Position numbers and translations under genes: made by a program. From Eubacteriales bacterium (GTDB taxonomy: Bacteria; Bacillota; Clostridia; Christensenellales; CAG-138), in contig JAJFTI010000036.1 of assembly GCA_021373115.1 (NCBI GenBank), forward strand, positions 12,524 through 76,523: DNA of 64,000 nucleotides. The letters run 5' to 3'. The notes under the pieces are model-generated. The model worked only from the letters and a program-made list of their open reading frames with translations, was not told the origin of the DNA and did not search any database. Shown in pieces: positions 8,225 to 16,108 of this stretch. Numbering within the stretch: position 1 is the first letter of the stretch; every line of letters starts with the position of its first letter.

Positions 8225-10110
8225 AACCGAAACAGCTCTATCAAAAAGGCACGATGAAGCGGCTGCTGCGCATGCTGTTTTCGTTTTATCCGGTCGCCCT
8301 GCCGCTCGTTTTGCTCTGCGTCGTCTTTTCGGCGATGATTTCCTCTATTCCGTCTATTTTCATGCAGAACATCATTGCCGTGCTCGAGCAGAATCCGGGC
8401 GCGGGCTGGCCGGTCATCGGCCCGCAGGTGCTGCGCCTTACTTCGATCCTCGCCGGATTGTATGTTCTCGCGCTCGTATCCTCGTTTACCTACAACCGCG
8501 CGCTGGCGGTGATGACGCAGGGCGCCCTGAAAAAAATGCGCGAAACGCTCTTCCAACATATGGAAGATCTGCCGATTCCGTATTTCGACAAACACCCGCA
8601 CGGCGACATCATGAGCCACTATACGAACGATATCGATACCCTGCGCCAGCTTATTTCGCAAAGTCTGCCGCAGCTTCTTGTTTCGGGCGTTATCGTATTG
8701 ACCCTGTTTTCCATCATGCTCTACTTCAGCGTCTGGATGGCGCTTGTTGTGCTCGGCGGCGTTGCGTTTATGCTCTTTGTGGTCAAGCAGGTAGGCGGCA
8801 ATTCCGCGAAATTCTTCATCCGCCAGCAGCGCTCGCTCGGCAAGGCCGAGGGCTATGTGGAGGAAATGATGAGCGGGCAAAAGGTCGTCAAGGTGTTTTG
8901 CCACGAGAAGGAAGCCGGCGCGGCGTTCGACGCATTCAACGACGCGCTGTTTCACGACTCCAACCAGGCGAATAAGTTCGCCAATATACTGCCGCCGATC
9001 CTCATGAACATCGGCAATCTCATCTATGTGATGGTTGCGATGGCGGGCGGCATCTTCCTGCTGGCAAAGGCGCAGAATGTAAGCCTTTCGGGTCTGGCGT
9101 TCAGCATCAGCATCGTCGTTCCGTTCCTCAACATGACGCGGCAGTTCTCGGGCAACATCAATCAGGTGTCCCAGCAGCTCAACGCGGTGATCATGGGTCT
9201 CGCGGGAGCGGACCGCATCTTCCAGCTGCTGGACGAATCCGTCGAAGCGGATGCGGGATTCGTTTCCCTTGTTAACGCAACGCAGGAAAACGGCGAATTT
9301 GTCGAAAGTGAAACCCGCACGGGACTTTGGGCCTGGAAACAGCCGCAGCCCGACGGAACCGTGCGCTATACGCGTCTTACGGGCGATGTGCGCCTGCAAA
9401 ACGTGGATTTCAGCTACGAACCGGACAAACCGGTGCTAAGCGACATCTCACTCTTTGCCGAACCCGGCCAGAAGGTGGCGTTCGTCGGCGCAACCGGCGC
9501 GGGAAAAACCACGATAACAAACCTGCTGAACCGGTTTTACGACATTGCCGACGGAAAGATCCGCTACGACGGAATCAACATCAATAAAATCCAAAAATCC
9601 TCGCTCCGCCGCGCAATCGGCATGGTGCTGCAGGATACCAACCTGTTTACCGGAACGGTGCTCGAAAACATCCGCTACGGCCGTCTGGACGCAACGGACG
9701 CGGAATGTATGGAAGCGGCGCGGCTCGCTGGCGCGGACGACTTTATCGCGAGGCTGCCGGAAGGATACCAAACGATGCTTTCCAGCAACGGCGCGAATCT
9801 CTCGCAGGGGCAGCGCCAGCTCATCGCGATTGCGCGCGCGGCGGTTGCCGATCCGCCCGTGATGATTCTCGACGAGGCGACCTCCTCGATTGATACGCGA
9901 ACGGAGGCGATCGTGCAGCGCGGCATGGACGCGCTCATGAAAGGGCGCACGGTGTTCGTCATTGCACACCGTCTCTCTACGGTGCAGAATTCGGATGTAA
10001 TCATGGTGCTGGAGCATGGCCGAATCATTGAGCGCGGCAGTCATGCGCATTTGATCGAGCAAAAGGGCAAGTATTACCAGCTCTATACCGGCGCGTTCGA
10101 GCTGGAATAG
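8221..10110 (+). CDS. ABC exporter, fused permease/ATPase half-transporter (subunit 2)
   Basis: ATGA overlap with the previous gene. Walker A GATGAGKTT, signature LSQGQRQLIAIARA, Walker B VMILDEATSSID. Confidence 0.9.
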   Translation: MKPKQLYQKGTMKRLLRMLFSFYPVALPLVLLCVVFSAMISSIPSIFMQNIIAVLEQNPGAGWPVIGPQVLRLTSILAGLYVLALVSSFTYNRALAVMTQGALKKMRETLFQHMEDLPIPYFDKHPHGDIMSHYTNDIDTLRQLISQSLPQLLVSGVIVLTLFSIMLYFSVWMALVVLGGVAFMLFVVKQVGGNSAKFFIRQQRSLGKAEGYVEEMMSGQKVVKVFCHEKEAGAAFDAFNDALFHDSNQANKFANILPPILMNIGNLIYVMVAMAGGIFLLAKAQNVSLSGLAFSISIVVPFLNMTRQFSGNINQVSQQLNAVIMGLAGADRIFQLLDESVEADAGFVSLVNATQENGEFVESETRTGLWAWKQPQPDGTVRYTRLTGDVRLQNVDFSYEPDKPVLSDISLFAEPGQKVAFVGATGAGKTTITNLLNRFYDIADGKIRYDGININKIQKSSLRRAIGMVLQDTNLFTGTVLENIRYGRLDATDAECMEAARLAGADDFIARLPEGYQTMLSSNGANLSQGQRQLIAIARAAVADPPVMILDEATSSIDTRTEAIVQRGMDALMKGRTVFVIAHRLSTVQNSDVIMVLEHGRIIERGSHAHLIEQKGKYYQLYTGAFELE

Positions 10111-10203
10111 ACCGCCGCAGCGCGGCAAAGCACCTTGCCGAAAAAATCACTATGGTCGTTTTCCATCGCAAAACCGCGCGCCGCGTGAACGGAGAGGGCT
10201 ATC

Positions 10204-11172
10204 ATGAACGCTTATGATTTCGACGGATGCATTTACGAGGGGGACAGTACGCTGGACTTCTATTTCTTCTGCGTAAAACGGCAGCCAAAGCTGCTTCGGT
10301 TTCTCGGGCGGCAGATTGGAGGCTTTCTGCTGATTGCCTTCGGTTTCATGAATAAAACACAGTATAAACAACGTTTTTTCTCCTTTTTACAGGGTCTGGA
10401 CAACGTGGATGACACCGTGCGCGCCTTCTGGCAGACGCATATTCAAAAAATCAGCAAATGGTATCTTGCCCAGAAAAGCGAGCAGGATCTCGTTGTTTCC
10501 GCCTCACCGGAGTTCCTGCTGCGCCCCTGCTGCGATCAAATTGGCGTCCATCGTCTGGTCGCGTCCCGCGTCGATCCGGCGACCGGCCGGTTCACGGGCG
10601 AAAACTGCTATGGCGCGGAAAAACCCGCGCGCCTGAAGAGCCAGCTCGGCGTGGAGCAAGTTGGGGCGTTCTATTCCGATTCACTCTCCGACCTGCCGAT
10701 GGCGCAAATCGCCGGGCAGAGTTATCTTGTTCAAAATGGCCGAATTCTTCCCTGGACCGAATACCGCCCGAATGTATGGCAGAAGATCAAGCGGCATGCG
10801 TTTTCGTTTGAGTTTTTTCGTTTTCTGGTCGTCGGTTGCGTCAACACGCTCAACGGCGTTGTTTTTTCCTACTTGTTTTCGAAACTGCTGCCCGCGCAGG
10901 TTGCGTTCTGGTGCGGATACCTGGCCAGCCTGACGATTTCCTATCTGCTCAACAGCGTGTTTACGTTTCACGAGTCGATGAGCTTTCGTAAAATGCTGAA
11001 GTTCTTCGTTTCCTATATCCCGAATTTTCTGATTCAGAATATCGTTGTTTTCCTCGTCAACGGCGTATTCGGGCTGCCGGAGCTCTACGCCTATATCCTC
11101 GCCGCCGCAATCGGCATCCCCGTTACGTTTCTGTTGCTCAAGATATTTGCGTTTCGGAAAAAAATAAAATAG
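10204..11172 (+). CDS. Fusion protein: HAD-IB-type phosphatase domain (N) + GtrA-like 4-TM domain (C)
   Basis: HAD motif I YDFDGCIY, motif II VVSASP, motif IV YSDSLSDLPM. The C-terminal about 130 aa read FFRFLVVGCVNTLNGVVFSYLFSKLL..., with four hydrophobic spans typical of GtrA. Confidence 0.8.
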   Translation: MNAYDFDGCIYEGDSTLDFYFFCVKRQPKLLRFLGRQIGGFLLIAFGFMNKTQYKQRFFSFLQGLDNVDDTVRAFWQTHIQKISKWYLAQKSEQDLVVSASPEFLLRPCCDQIGVHRLVASRVDPATGRFTGENCYGAEKPARLKSQLGVEQVGAFYSDSLSDLPMAQIAGQSYLVQNGRILPWTEYRPNVWQKIKRHAFSFEFFRFLVVGCVNTLNGVVFSYLFSKLLPAQVAFWCGYLASLTISYLLNSVFTFHESMSFRKMLKFFVSYIPNFLIQNIVVFLVNGVFGLPELYAYILAAAIGIPVTFLLLKIFAFRKKIK

Positions 11173-11267
11173 AATAGTACCGCTTATATCGCTCGCACGG
11201 CGCGCGCCGCATACGCATCCGTGTACCGGGATATCGCTGATCCGACTATATTATCGGGAGGACTGAC

Positions 11268-13196
11268 ATGATCGCAATAATCCTGTTCTTTCTTATCCTT
11301 TGTTCGGGGAGTACGTTTGCGTGCTCATTCTCCACGGCGCGCTTTGAAAAGGTCGCGCCGCTCACCGTCTTTGCGATCATTGCCATCCTATACGTTTTCG
11401 GCCTGTTCAACCGTCTTGCCATGGGAGCGTGGGTGGTTTTACTGCTGGGCGCGGCGCTTTGGGTGTTCGCTGTTGTTCATGTTGCGGCAAAGCGCTCGTA
11501 TCTCGCTTTTGTAACACGATTCTTCACGCCCGCCTTTGCCTTTTTTATGCTCGCGTTCCTTTTTCTGCTCTATTCCAACTATGGTCGTCTGGTCTCCAAC
11601 CGCGACGATCTTGCGCACTGGGCCGACACGGTTAAAATACTGTTTTTCGCCGACCGGCTTGCAACGGCTCCATCCTTATTCGCGCAATACCAGAGTTATC
11701 CGCCTGCAATGTCGCTGCTGCAGTATCTGCCGCAGTTCATCGGCCGATTGTTCCGCGGCGGGTTCTCCGAGTGGCAGCTTTACGTCGCATTTGAAAGCGC
11801 GGTTCTTGTGCTGTTCGTTCCCGCTTTTTCCAGGCTGGAGTGGAACAAGTTGCACGCTCTTAGCATAGCCGCCATGTTCGTTTGTGCCTGCTGTGTGCCG
11901 GGAATACTGCACACGGATGTCTACCGGACGCTCATGATCGATCCTTACCTGGGACTCGTTGCAGGCTTCGGTTTCGCGACCCTCCTGCTCAACGAAAAGC
12001 GCGGCACGCTCGACACCGCCACACTTGCCCTTTGCTGTTTTGTTGTCACGCTTTCCAAACAAGCAGGCGCGGTACTCGCGATATTTCTTTGTGCCGCCGT
12101 GCTTCTCGATGCGCTGTGTACCCGTAAGCAAAGCGCGGAACCCGTTCGGCACAGCCGCCTGCGCGGCTCCGGTACCGCGGCGCTTTGCATCGCCGCAACC
12201 GCCGGTGCTTATGCTTCCTGGCAGTGGAAGCTCCGCCTGGACGGCTCTGTAAAGCTCTTTTCAAATCCGGTCGATCTATCCGTTTTCTGGAGAGCGGTCA
12301 CCGGAGAAGACGCCGGTTATCGAGGACAATCGCTGGAAGCATTCTTCCGCGCACTTTTCACCGGGCGGCAGGATATTGGAGTCGCGGGTTATGCCGGCAT
12401 TCCATTCAGCTTTGCGGCACTGTTTCTCGGTTTGCTCGTATTTGCCATTTTAATCGCACTGGCATATCGCGCGCGCGGCAAGGACATGCGCCGCTTCAAC
12501 GCGACGCTTGCCGTGCTTTTTGTCGGTTGTATTCTCTTTGTCATCGGCCTTGCCGTCAGTTATCTTTTCCAATTTTCGCAGGCAGAAGCGCTGAATCTGG
12601 CGTCGTTCGACCGGTATGTCAATATCCCGCTGGCAATGATTGTTCTTGTTTTGTTTTTACTGGCTGCGAATCTTATCTCGCAACCCGGCCGCGAAAGCCG
12701 GCGTATCACAATCGCGTTGCTTGCGATTGTGCTTTTGCTGTCTCCTCTGAAAGAACTCGGCAATTTTGCCCTGCGGCGGAACACCGCCTATTCAAAGAGC
12801 GTTCGCGCGCCGTATGAAGCTTCCGTCCGTCTTATACCTGAATTGATCGACAAGCAGGGCGCAAAAATCAGCGTCGTTTCCATCGGCTCACGTGATTTTG
12901 ATCTACAGATGCTCGCATTTTGCATGCGGCCGCTGCATGTTGCAGATTATGGGTCCAGTGCGCTTACATTGACGGAGGACGACATCTGCTCTGTTAACCT
13001 GAGTGCAAAAGACTGGATTGCACTATTAAATCGCGACGGGTTCGACTACGCCCTTCTCTATCGGCTGAATGATCGCTTTGCTTCCGTTTTTTCCGCCGCC
13101 TTTGCCGCGCCGGAAACGATAGCGCAGGGCGGGCTCTACCGGTTGAACAAGGATACGCAACTTCTGGAGTTCGTTGGCAGCGCGAACGAATCATAA
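11268..13196 (+). CDS. Large polytopic membrane protein, GT-C-like glycosyltransferase candidate (642 aa)
   Basis: More than 12 hydrophobic spans. An early loop has an acidic motif (SNRDDLAHWADT) and a YPPA motif (QSYPPAMSLLQY), reminiscent of the DxD/(K,H)PP loop motifs of GT-C enzymes. A soluble C-terminal domain of about 130 aa follows. Confidence 0.55.
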   Translation: MIAIILFFLILCSGSTFACSFSTARFEKVAPLTVFAIIAILYVFGLFNRLAMGAWVVLLLGAALWVFAVVHVAAKRSYLAFVTRFFTPAFAFFMLAFLFLLYSNYGRLVSNRDDLAHWADTVKILFFADRLATAPSLFAQYQSYPPAMSLLQYLPQFIGRLFRGGFSEWQLYVAFESAVLVLFVPAFSRLEWNKLHALSIAAMFVCACCVPGILHTDVYRTLMIDPYLGLVAGFGFATLLLNEKRGTLDTATLALCCFVVTLSKQAGAVLAIFLCAAVLLDALCTRKQSAEPVRHSRLRGSGTAALCIAATAGAYASWQWKLRLDGSVKLFSNPVDLSVFWRAVTGEDAGYRGQSLEAFFRALFTGRQDIGVAGYAGIPFSFAALFLGLLVFAILIALAYRARGKDMRRFNATLAVLFVGCILFVIGLAVSYLFQFSQAEALNLASFDRYVNIPLAMIVLVLFLLAANLISQPGRESRRITIALLAIVLLLSPLKELGNFALRRNTAYSKSVRAPYEASVRLIPELIDKQGAKISVVSIGSRDFDLQMLAFCMRPLHVADYGSSALTLTEDDICSVNLSAKDWIALLNRDGFDYALLYRLNDRFASVFSAAFAAPETIAQGGLYRLNKDTQLLEFVGSANES

Positions 13197-13336
13197 TCCG
13201 TTTCCGAAAATCGTTTCTTGCTTCCTATCCGGAAAAATCGGCTTATTCTCTATGCTTCGCTTTGTCTTTATATAACCTGCTGGTGATCCAACCCGCTGGG
13301 CAGGCCATAAACGCCCACGCGGCGCGCGCCGCTCGA

Positions 13337-13366
13337 TTGTCAGCATAAGCCGGAATATGCTATAAT
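13337..13366 (+). promoter_or_regulatory. Candidate internal promoter TTGTCA-18-(TGc)TATAAT
   Basis: Hand-read hexamers at 13337-13342 and 13361-13366, inside the 253-nt gap between the two membrane-protein genes. Confidence 0.45.
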
Positions 13367-13449
13367 GACCCAGTATTTCATTTGGCAAACGCGGAATTAT
13401 ATGTGCGGCGAATCGACTCTTCGGTTCCGCTTGCGCGCGAGGTGCGACG

Positions 13450-15111
13450 ATGAACAACTGGCTATTCGGGCGGGACGGCAAGCCGACCAGGGCTTTTCGC
13501 TGGCTGTTCCTGCTCTCGGCAACGGCGCTGGCGGGGCTTTTATCCGTGAAAGGCGACCTTATCTGGATTGCGTTCAGTATTCCGCTCGTTCTTGTCGCAC
13601 TCATATTTCTCGTGTTTCGTTTTCACTTCCTGGAAAAGACGTTCTCTTCCCTGCAAATCGGGCGCGCGGCGCTGAGCTATGTTCTCGCGGCGTATGCGGC
13701 GCAGTGCTATTCCGGCCTGTTTCTCGAACACCTGCGGAGTTTTGCCGCGGAAAACGCAAATCCTTTGTTTTCCGGCCTGATCGATCGGTTCGGCGCGGCC
13801 GGTTCCATCGTCGCCGGGCTGGTTTCCGTTCTGGCGCTGTTCGTCTATCTCTACTGGTTCATCGGCTGGTTTTCCGCGCAGATGCTTGACGTTTTCCGGC
13901 GGCTGGACGCCGTGGAGCGCTGGTACCTCGTTGTCGCGCTTACGGTTTCTGTCGTTTTACTCGTCGTTTTGTATCAACGAACAAGCGTTTTCTGCAATCC
14001 GAACGCATCCGCAGACAACGTTTGGAGCAAGGTGGACATTCTCTATTCCAGCGACACCTCTTCCCTGACGGAACAAAACGTATTCTACAATATTGCCGCA
14101 TCGGAGAACGATATCCGGCAGCCGCTCTTCGGCGCATTCGCCGCGCCTTTTGCGCTGAGCGCGTCGCTGATTACGCGCCTGCTGCTCCTGCCGGGCGCAT
14201 ATTACACGCTGCTGCAGATCGTTCAGGCGGCTCTGCTGTTCGTCAGCCTCGTGCTTGTTGCCCGAATGACCGGCGTATCCGGCGCGGAAAAGGCGCTCCT
14301 GCTGGCGTTGTTGACGCTGCTGTTTCCGACACTGCTGTTTTTGCTGAATATGGAGCAGTATATCTTCTCCGTGTTCTGGCTGGTTCTGCTCGTCTGGCTG
14401 TTTATGAGCCATGATGCGGCAGGGCGGGATGTCGCCTGGATTGCGGCCACCGGTTCCATCGCCACCAGCGGGCTGTTCCTCGTTCTTGTTCCGGGCAGCG
14501 GCTCGCTGCGCGAACGGTTCAAGCAAGCCGCGCTCGCCGTAGTCCGGTTCGGCGTAATCGCCCTCTTGCTCGGGCGCGCGGCCATGGCCATGACTTCCGT
14601 CGCGAACATCCGGTTCCTGCTTCAGTTCGCGGGCGAGAAACTGCCTTTTCTGGAGCGGCTGATGCAGTATGTCCGGTTTGCGGCTTCCTGTTTTGTCGCG
14701 CCTGCCGGCGAAGTGCTGCGCTATGAATCCGGTATGGCAGTCTATCACCAAGCCGCGGTAAGCGGCTGGAGCATTGGCGGCATCGTGTGCATCGTCTCTT
14801 CGATCGCCGGATTCCTGCTCAACCGGAAGAGCGCATATGCGCGCGTCTGCGCGTTTTGGGTCGCGTGTTCGTTCCTGCTGCTCTGCGTCGCAGGCTGGGG
14901 TACGTCGGAAAACGGGCTCGTTCTGTACACGCTATACTTCGCATGGGCGTTTGTTTCGCTGCTTGTTCTGCTTGTTACCAAGCTGTTCCAACGCGCGAAA
15001 GCGCTGCGTCTCGGCGCGTTTTCCGCCGGAATCATCGCCCTCGTCCTGTTGAATATGCGCGGAATTGCCGAGATCGTCCGCTTTGGCCTGCAATACTATC
15101 CCAAGCACTGA
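13450..15111 (+). CDS. Large polytopic membrane protein of unknown function (553 aa), possible GT-C-like or polymerase-like enzyme
   Basis: More than 12 hydrophobic spans. One polar loop reads DILYSSDTSSLTEQNVFYNIAASENDIRQPLFG. No soluble domain. Confidence 0.5.
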   Translation: MNNWLFGRDGKPTRAFRWLFLLSATALAGLLSVKGDLIWIAFSIPLVLVALIFLVFRFHFLEKTFSSLQIGRAALSYVLAAYAAQCYSGLFLEHLRSFAAENANPLFSGLIDRFGAAGSIVAGLVSVLALFVYLYWFIGWFSAQMLDVFRRLDAVERWYLVVALTVSVVLLVVLYQRTSVFCNPNASADNVWSKVDILYSSDTSSLTEQNVFYNIAASENDIRQPLFGAFAAPFALSASLITRLLLLPGAYYTLLQIVQAALLFVSLVLVARMTGVSGAEKALLLALLTLLFPTLLFLLNMEQYIFSVFWLVLLVWLFMSHDAAGRDVAWIAATGSIATSGLFLVLVPGSGSLRERFKQAALAVVRFGVIALLLGRAAMAMTSVANIRFLLQFAGEKLPFLERLMQYVRFAASCFVAPAGEVLRYESGMAVYHQAAVSGWSIGGIVCIVSSIAGFLLNRKSAYARVCAFWVACSFLLLCVAGWGTSENGLVLYTLYFAWAFVSLLVLLVTKLFQRAKALRLGAFSAGIIALVLLNMRGIAEIVRFGLQYYPKH

Positions 15112-15153
15112 ACCCGGTTCCCTCCCTCCCGAAATCGTCCTGTGGGGTAACGT

Positions 15154-16032
15154 ATGAAGCCGTATATCAAACTAATGCGCGTAAAGCATTACAGCAAGAA
15201 CATCCTGCTCTTCCTTCCGCTCGTCTTCGGACGGAAACTGATCGACGCGACGCTGCTGCTGCACGTTCTGCTCGGTTTTGTCGCGTTTTCGCTGCTCTCG
15301 TCCGTCGTCTATATCGTAAACGACATTCGGGATATAGAGAAAGACCGGCTCCACCCAACCAAGAAAAATCGGCCCATCGCAAGCGGAGTGGTTCCTGTTT
15401 CCGGCGCGCGCGTGATGGCGGGCGTCCTTTTCGCACTCGCGCTTGCAATCAACGCGCTGGCCTGCGGCGGGGCCGTCCTGCCGTGGGCGCTCATGGGCGC
15501 ATACCTGCTCTGCAACATAGGTTACAGTATGGGGCTGAAAAACATCGCGATTCTGGATATTACGATCCTGATGCTTGGATTCCTGCTGCGGCTGCTGTAT
15601 GGTTCCGCTCTGGTTCAAATTGAAATTTCACAGTGGCTGTATCTAACCGTTGTTGCGTTTTCATTCTTTATGGTGCTCGGCAAGCGCAGGAACGAATTAC
15701 TTGCGCAGCAGTCCGGCGAAATGCGGGGCGAAACCCGCGCGGTGCTGAACCGGTATTCCTATTCCTTCCTCGATAAGGGCATGTATATGTGTCTGACGCT
15801 CGGCATTCTGTTCTATTCGCTCTGGTGCGTCGATGTTTCGTCCGCCGGGCAGATTCCCGGTAAATACCTGTTATGGACGGTTCCGTTGGTGATTCTGATC
15901 TGTTTGAAATACAGCCTGACCGCCGAAGGAAAATCGGACGGCGATCCCGTTGAAGTGCTCTTTGGCGACCGCTGGCTGCTGGGTATGGTCGGCTTGCTGG
16001 TCTGCGCCATGCTGGCGATCCTTTATCTGTAG
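15154..16032 (+). CDS. UbiA-family polyprenyl-phosphate phosphoribosyltransferase (decaprenyl-phosphate PRTase-like)
   Basis: N-terminus MKPYIKLMRVKHYSKNILLFLPLVFG and first Asp-rich motif NDIRDIEKDRLHPTKKNRPIASG are the pattern seen in Rv3806c-type enzymes. About 8 TM spans. Confidence 0.75.
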   Translation: MKPYIKLMRVKHYSKNILLFLPLVFGRKLIDATLLLHVLLGFVAFSLLSSVVYIVNDIRDIEKDRLHPTKKNRPIASGVVPVSGARVMAGVLFALALAINALACGGAVLPWALMGAYLLCNIGYSMGLKNIAILDITILMLGFLLRLLYGSALVQIEISQWLYLTVVAFSFFMVLGKRRNELLAQQSGEMRGETRAVLNRYSYSFLDKGMYMCLTLGILFYSLWCVDVSSAGQIPGKYLLWTVPLVILICLKYSLTAEGKSDGDPVEVLFGDRWLLGMVGLLVCAMLAILYL

Positions 16033-16108
16033 GGCAAATCCTCGGTGCAGGGTCTTCCGCGCAGATCCGCGCCAACCAGTCTCTTCCTGGAAAAAGGTGA
16101 AAAAACCC

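Noticed and set aside
15950-16108. Upstream TTG start of the LRR-protein ORF, overlapping the UbiA gene by 83 nt
   Set aside because: The extension encodes a Cys/Trp/Arg-rich sequence with no signal-peptide character. In-frame GTG starts with a Shine-Dalgarno sequence lie just before the hydrophobic signal sequence.
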